From positions 13,897 through 77,896 of the forward strand of contig JAVXQD010000002.1 in the NCBI GenBank assembly GCA_036644375.1: a stretch of 64,000 nucleotides of DNA, written 5' to 3'. The notes under the pieces were generated by a model, which saw nothing but the letters and a program-made list of their open reading frames with translations, ran no database searches and was not told the DNA's origin. Position numbers and translations under genes: made by a program. Positions 39,152 to 48,826 of this stretch are shown one piece after another. The first letter of the stretch is position 1. Each line of letters opens with the position of its first letter. Source of the DNA: Oscillospiraceae bacterium (GTDB taxonomy: Bacteria > Bacillota > Clostridia > Oscillospirales > Ruminococcaceae).

Positions 39152-39880
39152 TCAGTCCTTGACCTTGATATAGACAACCCGAGCTGTTCCGGGCTTGTTG
39201 TTCTCGCTTCGCACCTCAAACTCGCTCAGCGATTTTATAAAAGGCGTGAGCTTGGAAAATCCGAAATTGCGAACGTCAAAATCCGGCGAGCGCTTAATGA
39301 GTATCGTACCGATTGTTCCGAGATGTGCCCAGCCGTCGTCGTCGGAGTTTTCCTCGACAATAAGCCGTATCTGCTCCAGAACCCGCTGCATCTCATTGTT
39401 GTCGCTCTTCTTTTCGGAATTATCCTTCTTTTCCGTCAGCACCTTCTGTGACAAAAGCTCAAGATAGGTGAACTTGTTGCAGGCGGCGATAAACGGCTTC
39501 GGGGTTTTTTTCTCGCCCATGCCGACAACATACATGCCCGCCTCACGCAGACGTACCGCAAGACGGGTAAAATCGCTGTCGCTCGAGACAATGCAAAAGC
39601 CCTCGATGCTGCCTGTATACAGAATATCCATCGCGTCTATAATCATTGCCGAATCGGTCGCATTCTTGCCCGTGGTATAGGCATACTGCTGTATCGGCGT
39701 GACCGAATTATCGAGCAGCGCCGATTTCCACGAGCCCATTTTAGGGCTTGTCCAGTCGCCGTATATGCGCTTATATGTGGCTATTCCGTCGTTGCTCAGT
39801 TCATCAAGAATAAATTTAATATATTTATCGGATACATTATCCGCATCAATCAGCACCGCAAATCGTTTTTCGTTATCCAT
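39152..39880 (-). CDS. NYN-domain (LabA-like) protein with an OST-HTH/LOTUS-like C-terminal domain
   Basis: MDNEKRFAVLIDADNVSDKYIKFILDEL...YGDWTSP...IVSSDSDFTRLAVRLREAG is the NYN/LabA pattern. The C-terminal ~70 aa resemble OST-HTH. Confidence 0.8.
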   Translation of the reverse strand: MDNEKRFAVLIDADNVSDKYIKFILDELSNDGIATYKRIYGDWTSPKMGSWKSALLDNSVTPIQQYAYTTGKNATDSAMIIDAMDILYTGSIEGFCIVSSDSDFTRLAVRLREAGMYVVGMGEKKTPKPFIAACNKFTYLELLSQKVLTEKKDNSEKKSDNNEMQRVLEQIRLIVEENSDDDGWAHLGTIGTILIKRSPDFDVRNFGFSKLTPFIKSLSEFEVRSENNKPGTARVVYIKVKD

Positions 39881-40109
39881 ATCTGCCTCTTTTCGGTAGT
39901 TTATTATTTTATTGTATCACATGTGTGATTAAAATTGTATTATGAGGGAAAATAAAACTGTAATCCGCATAATTTATTCCGTTTTGCGGCATTAATCGGT
40001 TGTTTTGCTATTTTAATCATAATGCACCGCAAAAAAGCGGTTTGCAAATTTAATTTTTCCCTATTTTGTGCTACAATATTAATCTGCGGATTAATTCAAG
40101 GAGAATACC

Positions 40110-41018
40110 ATGAAAAAGCTTACACAGCTCGGAGCCAAAACCTACTGCATCGAAGGCTCCACCAATATAGGAATATATCTGTTGAATGATGTCGACGTCT
40201 GCCTTATCGACAGCGGCCCGAACGAGTCGTTCGCTCGGGAAATTTTAGATATCATCAATTCAAACGGCTGGAATATAAGCGCTGTAATGTGCACCCATTC
40301 CCATGCTGACCATATCGGCGGAAACGGATTTTTGCAGCGCAAAACCGGCTGTAAAATCTATGCAAGTCCGTTAGAGCTCCCTCTTGCCGCGCACTCTTTA
40401 ATTGAATCGGCGGTCTTTTTCGGCGCTTATCCGAATGAGCTTCTGCGAAGTGATTTCTTCATGGCACAGCCGAGCAGCATTGAGCTTTTCGGCTCTGAGG
40501 GCTGTCCCGAGGAGCTTGAAATCATTCCTCTCGGCGGACATTTTCTCGATATGGTGGGGATTCGCACTCCTGACGGCGTGCTGTTTCTGGCAGACAGTCT
40601 CGCGGGCGAAAAGGCGCTGGACGAATTTCATATAACATTTATGTTCGATGTCAAGAGCTGTCTTGAAACTATCGAATTTCTCTCGACGCGGCAAGACAGG
40701 TGGTTTGTGCCCTCTCACTCGCCCGCAATGCGTGATATCGGAGCGCTCTGCCAAAAAAACGCACTGATGATTCACGAGATAAAAAGCAATATCCTCTCAC
40801 TGCTCGTATCCCCGCTCTGCCTTGACGATTTGCTCGAAATGCTGTTTACCCGCTACAGCACTCCCGTCAATCTCATTCAATATACGCTCGTCAGCTCGAC
40901 GGTTCGCTCATTTTTGTCATATCTGTCCGATCTCGGTCTGGTCGCTCCGGTTGCCGAGGGTAAAAAGCTGAAATGGGTTTTGACACAGTCGAATGCCCAC
41001 CGTCAGAAGCAGAACTGA
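40110..41018 (+). CDS. MBL-fold metallo-hydrolase
   Basis: HSHADHIGG (the HxHxDH motif); AAGGAG SD. Confidence 0.85.
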   Translation: MKKLTQLGAKTYCIEGSTNIGIYLLNDVDVCLIDSGPNESFAREILDIINSNGWNISAVMCTHSHADHIGGNGFLQRKTGCKIYASPLELPLAAHSLIESAVFFGAYPNELLRSDFFMAQPSSIELFGSEGCPEELEIIPLGGHFLDMVGIRTPDGVLFLADSLAGEKALDEFHITFMFDVKSCLETIEFLSTRQDRWFVPSHSPAMRDIGALCQKNALMIHEIKSNILSLLVSPLCLDDLLEMLFTRYSTPVNLIQYTLVSSTVRSFLSYLSDLGLVAPVAEGKKLKWVLTQSNAHRQKQN

Positions 41019-41097
41019 ACCGGGGCTGTATCTGTCTTTTTGTGCGGCGCACATAATTTCGGATGTCTGCCCTGTGCCCGATTGTTTGCCGACTTAA

Positions 41098-41123
41098 TGT
41101 CAGCCGCATTTATTCGGCTGACA
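41098..41123 (+). terminator. Hairpin, possible terminator after the MBL-fold gene
   Basis: TGTCAGCCG 41098-41106 pairs with CGGCTGACA 41115-41123. The T run is displaced, so this is weak. Confidence 0.45.
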
Positions 41124-41158
41124 TCCCTCGTTTTCAATATTATCTTTTCCCTCAACTC

Positions 41159-41187
41159 TCGACAAACTTTTTGCATTAACGTATAAT
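41159..41187 (+). promoter_or_regulatory. SigA-type promoter for metG
   Basis: TCGACA 41159-41164, 17 nt, TATAAT 41182-41187. Confidence 0.65.
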
Positions 41188-41316
41188 ATATACATCTTTA
41201 ATCCATGCGGCGGATACCGAACAGCCTGCCGACCCTGACGGTATGGCAGCCATCCTGCGACAAGTGAACACAGCGCTGTCTGCCGACTAATGACGAGAAG
41301 GAAGAATCAAGAGAAA

Positions 41317-43236
41317 ATGGAAAACAAAAAGTTTTATATCACCACACCGATATACTATCCGTCGGGCAAGCTGCACATAGGTCATAGCTACACCACCGTT
41401 GCGGCAGATGTTGTCTCGCGCTTCAAGCGCATGCAGGGCTATGACGTGATGTTTCTCACCGGAACCGATGAGCACGGTCAGAAAATAGAGGACAAGGCAA
41501 GAGAGGCCGGTATCTCTCCAAAACAATATGTCGATGAGATAGTTGTCGGCATTAAAGACCTCTGGAAGCTGATGAATATCAGCTATGACCGATTTGTGCG
41601 AACAACCGACGACTATCACGAGGCCTCCGTTCAGAAAATTTTTAAGCGCCTTTATGACAGCGGCGACATCTACAAGGGACAGTACAAGGGACTTTACTGC
41701 AAGCCCTGCGAGTCGTTTTGGACTGAAAATCAGCTCGTCGACGGCAAATGCCCCGACTGCGGCAGACCTGTCACCGAGGCCAGTGAGGACGCCTATTTCT
41801 TCAAGCTGTCAAACTATGCCGACCGCATTCTCAAGCTCTACGAGGACAATCCCGACTGGCTGCAGCCCGCATCGCGCCTGAATGAAATGAAAGCGTTCAT
41901 CAATCAGGGTCTTGAGGATCTGTGTGTCTCACGCACCTCATTCACCTGGGGAATTCCTGTTGATTTTGATCCGGGTCACATCGTTTATGTGTGGGTTGAC
42001 GCCCTTTCGAACTATATAACGGCGCTCGGCTATGAAAATGACAGATATGATGATTTTGACAGATACTGGCCCGCTGACGTTCATCTTATGGCAAAGGAAA
42101 TCGTTCGCTTTCACTCGATTATCTGGCCGGCACTGCTGATGGCACTGGACCTGCCTCTTCCGAAAAAGGTATTCGGGCACGGCTGGCTTCTGCTTGAGGG
42201 CGGTAAGATGAGCAAGAGCAAGGGAAACGTCGTCGATCCTGTCGTTTTGTGCAAGCGCTATGGCGTCGACGCAATCCGCTACTATCTCATGCGCGAGATT
42301 CCTTTCGGTCACGACGGTATTTTCAGCAATGAGAATCTCATTTCCCGCATTAACTCCGATCTTGCAAACGACCTCGGAAATCTGCTTTCACGCACGGTTT
42401 CCATGGTGGAAAAATATTTCGGCGGCACTCTGCCGTCCGAGCACATGAGCGGGGATTTTGACGATGAGCTCATTGCCGCAATTAACGGTCTGTATGCAAA
42501 TGTCGTGAGCAACATCGACAAGCTGCTGCTGCCCAACGCGCTTACCGACATCATGAAGGTCGTTTCCCGCGCAAACAAGTATATTGACGAAACCGCACCT
42601 TGGGTGCTTGCAAAGGATGACGCAAACAAGCCTCGGCTTGCCGCTGTAATGTATAATCTGTGTGAGGCGCTTCGCGTGGTGTCAATTTTGCTTGAGCCGT
42701 TTATGCCCTCTACCGCACCTGAAATAAGGGCGCAGATTGGCGCTTCGTCCGATATCTGCACAATCGAATGCTGCAAATTCGGGCTTCTGCCCGCGTCGCT
42801 CACGGTCGCCAAGGCAAAGGTTCTCTTCCCCCGAATCGACATGGAAAAGGAGCTTGCAGAGCTTGCCGAAAAGCATGTTGAGTCGAATAAAAACGCCGAT
42901 ATCGAGCATATGCCCGAAATCACTTATGACGATTTTATGAAGAGCGAAATCAGGGTATGCCGCGTGCTTGAGTGTGAAAAGGTCCCGAAAGCGGACAAGC
43001 TTTTGAAATTCATTCTCTTTGACGGTGAGCGCGAGCGCACCGTGCTTTCCGGGATTGCCGAGTGGTACAAGCCTGAGGAGCTCATCGGCAAAAAGGTACC
43101 CGTGGTCTGCAATCTCGGCGCGCGGAAAATTCGCGGGATATTGAGCGAGGGCATGATTTTGTCGTCCGACTGCGGAGAGGCTGCAAAGGTCACGTTTATA
43201 GATGACAGCGTGCCCGAGGGCTCGCGTGTAAGATAG
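41317..43236 (+). CDS. metG: Methionine--tRNA ligase with a C-terminal tRNA-binding (EMAP/Trbp111-like) domain
   Basis: ATG 41317 (MENKKFYITTPIYYPSGKLHIGH is the HIGH motif); KMSKS present; the C-terminus reads ...IRVCRVLECEKVPKADKLLKF... Confidence 0.96.
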   Translation: MENKKFYITTPIYYPSGKLHIGHSYTTVAADVVSRFKRMQGYDVMFLTGTDEHGQKIEDKAREAGISPKQYVDEIVVGIKDLWKLMNISYDRFVRTTDDYHEASVQKIFKRLYDSGDIYKGQYKGLYCKPCESFWTENQLVDGKCPDCGRPVTEASEDAYFFKLSNYADRILKLYEDNPDWLQPASRLNEMKAFINQGLEDLCVSRTSFTWGIPVDFDPGHIVYVWVDALSNYITALGYENDRYDDFDRYWPADVHLMAKEIVRFHSIIWPALLMALDLPLPKKVFGHGWLLLEGGKMSKSKGNVVDPVVLCKRYGVDAIRYYLMREIPFGHDGIFSNENLISRINSDLANDLGNLLSRTVSMVEKYFGGTLPSEHMSGDFDDELIAAINGLYANVVSNIDKLLLPNALTDIMKVVSRANKYIDETAPWVLAKDDANKPRLAAVMYNLCEALRVVSILLEPFMPSTAPEIRAQIGASSDICTIECCKFGLLPASLTVAKAKVLFPRIDMEKELAELAEKHVESNKNADIEHMPEITYDDFMKSEIRVCRVLECEKVPKADKLLKFILFDGERERTVLSGIAEWYKPEELIGKKVPVVCNLGARKIRGILSEGMILSSDCGEAAKVTFIDDSVPEGSRVR

Positions 43237-43434
43237 ACGCAGCGGCGGTTTTGACATCCTTGCAGGCAATCGCCGCAAAGCGATTGTAATGCCGCGCATT
43301 TATGCTCGGCGCTTTGTCAGATGAATTATCGGGCTTAAAGCTCAATGCGTTCAATCTGATTCACGCTCAGAGTATCTGTATTAAAACCGGGCGCATGGAA
43401 TTTATTCCGTGCGCCTTACGATTAGAGGGTCATT

Positions 43435-44208
43435 ATGCTTAATCACATTTTCGACACCCACGCTCACTATGATGACGAGCGGTTTGAGGGTTTGCTAAAC
43501 GAGGTGTTTGAGTGCCAGCGCGCAAACGGAGTCGATTTTATAATCAACAACGGCTCCGACGAGCAAAGCTCTCTTGCTTCAATCGCGCTTGCCGAAAAAT
43601 ACAGCTTTTTATATGCCGCAGTCGGCATTCACCCGCAATCTGCGGGAGCGTTAACCGGCGGTTGGCTCAATCGAATCGAAGAGATGACGAAAAATCCCAA
43701 GGTCGTTGCAATCGGAGAAATAGGGCTTGATTATCACTTTCCCGAGCCTGCGCACGATTTGCAGGCAGAGATTTTCAGGGCACAGCTCGGGCTTGCGGTT
43801 AAGCTCGGTATGCCGATTGAGGTACATGACCGCGACGCCCACCAAGACACATTTGACATATTGTGCGAATATCACCCATCAGGCTGTCTGCACCGCTACT
43901 CCGGCTCGCCCGAAATGGCGAGTGAAATTGTGCAAAAGCTCGGCATGTCTCTCGGCATAGGCGGCGCGCTGACCTATAAAAACAGCAAAAAAGAGGTTGA
44001 GACCGTGAGGACAATACCCTTGGAATTCCTCATACTCGAAACCGATTGTCCCTATCTTGCTCCCGCGGGCAGGCGCGGCAGAACCTCAACCTCCGATATG
44101 ATTTCCGCTGTCGCGGAGAAAATCGCGCAGATCAAGGGCGATGTCAGTGCCCAGGAGGTTTTGGACATAACCTGTGCCAACGCCAAAAAACTCTTCGGAA
44201 TCAAATAA
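43435..44208 (+). CDS. tatD: TatD-family metal-dependent hydrolase/DNase
   Basis: ...FDTHAHYDD..., ...AIGEIGLDY..., ...IEVHDRDAH... It follows metG, which I recall as the usual Firmicutes arrangement. Confidence 0.9.
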   Translation: MLNHIFDTHAHYDDERFEGLLNEVFECQRANGVDFIINNGSDEQSSLASIALAEKYSFLYAAVGIHPQSAGALTGGWLNRIEEMTKNPKVVAIGEIGLDYHFPEPAHDLQAEIFRAQLGLAVKLGMPIEVHDRDAHQDTFDILCEYHPSGCLHRYSGSPEMASEIVQKLGMSLGIGGALTYKNSKKEVETVRTIPLEFLILETDCPYLAPAGRRGRTSTSDMISAVAEKIAQIKGDVSAQEVLDITCANAKKLFGIK

Positions 44209-44243
44209 TGCTTTGCGCGGGAGTTCAATTTGAATTTCACCCG

Positions 44244-44296
44244 AAAACACCTCTTAAAAAAGGCATCGTTCTGCCTTTTTTAAGAGGTGTTTTTTA
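44244..44296. terminator. Long bidirectional terminator between convergent genes
   Basis: AACACCTCTTAAAAAAGGCAG and its exact complement CTGCCTTTTTTAAGAGGTGTT form a ~20-bp stem with flanking A and T runs. Confidence 0.9.
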
Positions 44297-44425
44297 ATGC
44301 GGTTCTCTGCGCATTTTACCGCCACAGATATTTTTGCCGCAGCGCATATACAACTATTTTCGAAAATTTCGGTTGCGCGCGGCACAATTTTTTAAGCACA
44401 GTGAGAACAGTCTGATTTTCGTGTT

Positions 44426-45904
44426 TTACAGTCTCAGAGCCATCATATTCGCAAGACTCGCAAGCATGACCGCCCCCGTGAAAATGAGCAGGGGCTGCCT
44501 GTATTTAGAGTCGCTGTTTATGACTGTCCTTGTCAGAAGCATATAAATCACTGCATAAAACGCAAAATACAAAAAGCAATAGGTGCGGTCTCCCGACGCC
44601 CAGATTGTCGGTGACAGCGACATCACCATCCGTGAGCCGAAGCCCGCGGTCAGCGTCAATATCGCGGCTGACTTTTCCAATGGCCCGTCAAAAGCAAAGC
44701 AAATCGCAACAACTATTGACGCGGTAAGACCGACCATTATTATTTCGGGAATCCATGAGCTGACACTCTCGCCGCGGATTGCCGTGCCGTATTTGCCGAT
44801 TGACTCGACAATTACGCACAGACCGTTAAACGGTCTTGAGGGATTGTTTCCGAAAAAGCCGAGCAAAACCGCGACTGCGAGCGGCACCGATGCAAAAGCC
44901 CTCGGCGCCGTCTTTTTTGTTTTGATAATCACCGCGACGAGAATCACTGCGGCGAATAGCAAAAAGGTAAGGTTCGGCTTCATTGCAAAGTCGCGTATAG
45001 TGGATGAAAATCCCATCTCGAGCTTGCGCCAAAGCGGAATAGAGGCAAACTCCGGAAACCAGCCGTTCGTCTCATTTATCATGCGCTCGGCAGCGCCCGG
45101 GCAGGTGTACGCATATAAGATATCGCATATCACAAGAGCCGAAGATATAAACAGATATACAATATTTTTGTTCTTTTTTGCAATATTATAGATTAGAAGG
45201 CACACGTTTACGACAAGCAGCGCGACCGCGACCGGCTCCATGTTGGCCGCAAATACTGTTGCGAGCGCACAGAGAGGATATTGCCACCAATGCACCTTTT
45301 GTCCTCGCGTTATCCGCACCGGCGGCATTATCGAGCACAGCCCGAGGGTGAGCGCCCAGATATAAAGTACCGTTGAGATAACCCAGCCGGCGGTGATAAG
45401 ATGATACATCGGGTACATGGCGACGAGACCGCAGATTGTCCATGCTGCCTTGCTCGGCTCACACCTCGCAGGATAAATTTTAAAAAGACAAACCGCCGCG
45501 CCCACAAGCATGAGAGAATCCAAAAGTCTCCACAGGAACGGAAAGTGTATGATGTATACAGCGATTCCCTCGAACAACTGACGCGACGACCAGCTGTAGT
45601 AGTTGGTCACCGAATATTCCCACAATGTCTTTTCGGACAGCGCAGCGGCATAAATCGAGTCATCCGCAATTCCCATCGTCATATTAAAATGCATTGCAAA
45701 AAAAACCGCGAACAGCACCGCGAACGGCAGCAGGCTGCTTTTTGAGATTTTTTCGGCACATGACCGGAGAGCGCAAAATCCGCGTGCATTACCGTGTGCC
45801 TTCAGGCTCCCGATACTGCGCGGTGCCTCTGAGAGTTTTTCGGGCATCCGGTCAGATGCCGATTCCGTACGAGCGCCGATTTCTTTTTCACTTATTTTTT
45901 TCAA
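44426..45904 (-). CDS. Polytopic (about 12-14 TM) membrane protein, possibly a GT-C-type glycosyltransferase; function unknown
   Basis: Hydrophobic pattern throughout, with an acidic DD motif in the first extracytoplasmic loop (...GIADDSIY...). It starts 20 nt after psuG on the same strand. Confidence 0.55.
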   Translation of the reverse strand: MKKISEKEIGARTESASDRMPEKLSEAPRSIGSLKAHGNARGFCALRSCAEKISKSSLLPFAVLFAVFFAMHFNMTMGIADDSIYAAALSEKTLWEYSVTNYYSWSSRQLFEGIAVYIIHFPFLWRLLDSLMLVGAAVCLFKIYPARCEPSKAAWTICGLVAMYPMYHLITAGWVISTVLYIWALTLGLCSIMPPVRITRGQKVHWWQYPLCALATVFAANMEPVAVALLVVNVCLLIYNIAKKNKNIVYLFISSALVICDILYAYTCPGAAERMINETNGWFPEFASIPLWRKLEMGFSSTIRDFAMKPNLTFLLFAAVILVAVIIKTKKTAPRAFASVPLAVAVLLGFFGNNPSRPFNGLCVIVESIGKYGTAIRGESVSSWIPEIIMVGLTASIVVAICFAFDGPLEKSAAILTLTAGFGSRMVMSLSPTIWASGDRTYCFLYFAFYAVIYMLLTRTVINSDSKYRQPLLIFTGAVMLASLANMMALRL

Positions 45905-45924
45905 ACTGATTGCACCTCGAAATA

Positions 45925-46845
45925 TTATCCCAGTTTACAGAGCTCAACAGCAATCTTCGAAGCGGCACGCGCATTATTATAGGCGAGCTCCAGGTTGCTT
46001 GCAAAGGACACGCCGTCGGTCAAGTCCTTGATGTGAGAGAGCAGGAACGGAGTTGTGTCCTTGCCGCGTATTCCCTGTTTTTTGGCAAGCTCAAGCGCTT
46101 TTACTATGACCTTTTCCATCTCGTCATAGTCGAGTGCAAACTCCTCGGGAATGGGATTTCCGACGACCGCGCCGCCCTTTAAACCCAAATCCCATTTGGT
46201 ATATACAATTTTTGCGACCTCGGACTCGTCGGCACAGCTGTAATCCAGCTTGAATCCGCTTGACCTGCAATAAAAAGCAGGCAGCTCGCCTGTGCGCAAG
46301 CCCAGCACGGGCACACCGAAGGTTTCGAGATATTCAAGTGTAAGCCCTAAATCAAGCAGCGATTTTGCGCCCGCGCACACCACACATACGGGCGTGTTCG
46401 CAAGCTCCTGCAAATCCGCGGAAATATCCATTGTTGTTTCCCCGCCTCGGTGAACTCCGCCTATCCCGCCTGTCGCAAAGACCTTTATGCCCGCCATGTG
46501 AGCGAGCATCATCGTCGTCGCAACGGTCGTGGCTCCGTTTTTTCCTGTGGCGACATAGGTCGAGACATCGCGGCGGCTTACCTTGCCGATATCCTTCGGG
46601 TTGCACATCATATTAAGCTCATCGTGCGTGAGACCGACCTTCAGCCTCCCATTGATAATTGCGGTTGTCGCGGGTATGGCTCCGAGTTCGCGCACGATTT
46701 TTTCGACATTTGCGGCAAACTCCATGTTCTGCGGAAATGGCATACCGTGACTCAGTATTGTCGATTCAAGTGCAACCACGGGCTTGTTCTGCTCAAGTGC
46801 ATTTTTGATTTCGGGCGATATGTCCAGATATTTTTCAAAGCTCAT
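45925..46845 (-). CDS. psuG: Pseudouridine-5'-phosphate glycosidase
   Basis: ...NKPVVALESTILSHGMPFPQN... and overall PsuG/IndA pattern. Confidence 0.92.
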   Translation of the reverse strand: MSFEKYLDISPEIKNALEQNKPVVALESTILSHGMPFPQNMEFAANVEKIVRELGAIPATTAIINGRLKVGLTHDELNMMCNPKDIGKVSRRDVSTYVATGKNGATTVATTMMLAHMAGIKVFATGGIGGVHRGGETTMDISADLQELANTPVCVVCAGAKSLLDLGLTLEYLETFGVPVLGLRTGELPAFYCRSSGFKLDYSCADESEVAKIVYTKWDLGLKGGAVVGNPIPEEFALDYDEMEKVIVKALELAKKQGIRGKDTTPFLLSHIKDLTDGVSFASNLELAYNNARAASKIAVELCKLG

Positions 46846-47789
46846 TTCAGTGTTCTCTCCTTGATTGTTTTTTCAATTAAATCAACGTTCATCAGCGGGC
46901 TTATCGTCTCATATGCAAGAATTGCGAGAATGCCCGCCGCGAGCGCATAATCTATCGTCTTTTCGATATCGAAGCCGTTGACCCAGCTGTAGGTAAGCGC
47001 GCCCATGAACGCGTCTCCCGCACCGGTCGCATTTACCATTTCATCAAGCGGCTCAAGCCTTCTTTGGGTCGTGTTTCCCGCCGCATCCTTGTAATAGCAG
47101 CCGTTTTTGCCTCTGCTGACAAACACCCGCTGCACACCCTTATTCAAAAGTTCGGTGCATGCGCGGTCAATTGATTTCTCATCGGTAATCTTTATTCCCG
47201 ACAATATTTCAAGCTCCAGCTCGTTTGGCTTTACCGTGTGGAAAAGGCCGATAAAATCAGCAATTGTGGACGCGTAATAGGTTGATACGGGGTCAACGAA
47301 CACCGCTACGCCCTTTGCCGTGTCCTCAACAAGATATTTCAGCGTTTCGGTTTTTATGCAGGGGTCAGTAACCACGACCGACGCGCCCCGAATCATCTCC
47401 CGATTGCCATCCAGCGCCTGCTTTGTGATATTCTGCGCAATCGACATATCGGAAAGCGCGATAAACATATCTCCCGTGTTGTCGAGCAACGACATGTATG
47501 TCGATGACGCCGACTTTTCGACATGAATGCAGTGACTCATATCTATTCCCGCTCTTGTGCTGTCCCGTATGATTTTCTCGCCGTATACATCATCCCCGAT
47601 TGCCGATATCAGCTTTGTGTGCGCGCCCAGTCTCGCAATATTTTCAAGTATATTTCGGGTCACACCGCCTGCCGAGGTATTCATCCTCCCGGGGTTTGAG
47701 TCGCGCATAACCAGTGCATTTCTGCTGCGCCCGTGAACGTCGACATTGGCTGCACCGACGCCCACAACATATTTTTGCTCATCGGTCAT
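46842..47789 (-). CDS. psuK: PfkB-family carbohydrate kinase, probable pseudouridine kinase
   Basis: ATG 47789 (MTDEQKYVVGVGAANVDVHG) has AAGGCGGTGA upstream. ...NATGAGDAFMGAL... is the PfkB signature. 4-nt overlap with psuG. Confidence 0.8.
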   Translation of the reverse strand: MTDEQKYVVGVGAANVDVHGRSRNALVMRDSNPGRMNTSAGGVTRNILENIARLGAHTKLISAIGDDVYGEKIIRDSTRAGIDMSHCIHVEKSASSTYMSLLDNTGDMFIALSDMSIAQNITKQALDGNREMIRGASVVVTDPCIKTETLKYLVEDTAKGVAVFVDPVSTYYASTIADFIGLFHTVKPNELELEILSGIKITDEKSIDRACTELLNKGVQRVFVSRGKNGCYYKDAAGNTTQRRLEPLDEMVNATGAGDAFMGALTYSWVNGFDIEKTIDYALAAGILAILAYETISPLMNVDLIEKTIKERTLK

Positions 47790-47961
47790 AATTTCACCGC
47801 CTTTTTCATCTCTAATTCTACCGCGCCGCGAAAAAAAGGTCAAGCGCGCTGAATATTTGCTTTGCTTTTTGTTCAAACTATTTTCAACGATAACAAGTGC
47901 GCAGCAACGCGCTCAAAGGGCTGCTGCATGGGGTCGCCCGGAAAGGATTCGGAAAAAAGCT

Positions 47962-48639
47962 ATGAACAGAAAAAAACATTTTGCATTCAGCGGTTTTGTA
48001 AAGAAAAATGGATTCTATATTGCGATGGTTATGTTCGTTGCGGCGGGAGCTATCGCGTCCTATGCGGCGGTGATGAGTATAATTGATCTCCCCGCCGCAC
48101 CCGAGGAGCAGGCAAAGCTCATTCAAAACGAGCCTCAGCAGCCGGTTGTCGTCGCGCCCGTGCCCGAGCCGGAACCTGAACCGGAAAAGGAGCCCGAAGC
48201 CGAGGAGACACTTGTGTCGGTGCCCGAGCCCCTTATGCCCGTTTACACCCGCCCCATTCAAGGCGAGGTGACAAATGCGTTCAGCGGCAGCGAGCTTGTG
48301 AAAAGCGCAACCATGAATGACTGGCGCACTCACAACGGCGTTGATTACTCCGCCGCTGTCGGAGACAAGGTAACCGCCATATATTCGGGGGAGGTCACGC
48401 GCGCCGAAAAGGATGCACTTTGGGGAAATATCATCGAGCTTAAGCTCGAGACGGGATATCATGTCCTGTACGCCAATCTCGCCGCCTTTGACACCGTAAA
48501 GGTGGGTCAGCGCATTTCGCAGGGAGATACCTTGGGAGCGGTAGGCAGCACGGCGCTCGTCGAGAGCGGAGAGCTTCCGCATCTGCATCTTGAGGTAAAG
48601 AGCGGTTCGAAGTTTGTCGACCCCGAATCGCTGTTTTAG
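47962..48639 (+). CDS. M23-family metallopeptidase, membrane-anchored
   Basis: ATG 47962; one TM helix; a Pro/Glu-rich linker; HNGVDY and HLHLEV, the M23 zinc motifs. Confidence 0.85.
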   Translation: MNRKKHFAFSGFVKKNGFYIAMVMFVAAGAIASYAAVMSIIDLPAAPEEQAKLIQNEPQQPVVVAPVPEPEPEPEKEPEAEETLVSVPEPLMPVYTRPIQGEVTNAFSGSELVKSATMNDWRTHNGVDYSAAVGDKVTAIYSGEVTRAEKDALWGNIIELKLETGYHVLYANLAAFDTVKVGQRISQGDTLGAVGSTALVESGELPHLHLEVKSGSKFVDPESLF

Positions 48640-48762
48640 CCGACAGAATCCACTGTAACGAATAATAGAGCAAAGCCGCTTCGAAAAGATATTGATATGG
48701 GTCTTGACGCCCAAATCAATTTTCGGAACGGCTTTTGATTTGTGATTCGATTACACAGCGAA

Positions 48763-48790
48763 TTGACAATGTATATCCGAATAGTATAAT
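48763..48790 (+). promoter_or_regulatory. SigA-type promoter for copA-copZ
   Basis: TTGACA 48763-48768, 16 nt, TATAAT 48785-48790. Confidence 0.65.
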
Positions 48791-48826
48791 TAAAAGTATC
48801 TGAGTTTGAAGAATGGAAAACAGCAT

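Noticed and set aside
41188-41316. Possible T-box leader upstream of metG.
   Set aside because: The leader from the predicted TSS is only about 125 nt. I found no T-box 14-mer (GGTGGTACCGCG-like), no AGAGA or GNUGGA elements, and no terminator/antiterminator pair.
45688-45695. An A8/T8 homopolymer inside the 492-aa membrane protein gene, considered as a phase-variation tract.
   Set aside because: Eight nt is short for efficient slipped-strand switching, and it simply encodes Val-Phe-Phe in a TM helix. There is no supporting evidence.
48740-48800. TACA...TGTA elements near the copA promoter, considered as a CopY cop box.
   Set aside because: The half-sites are separated by about 13 nt rather than the 2 nt of TACAnnTGTA, so this is not a credible cop box.
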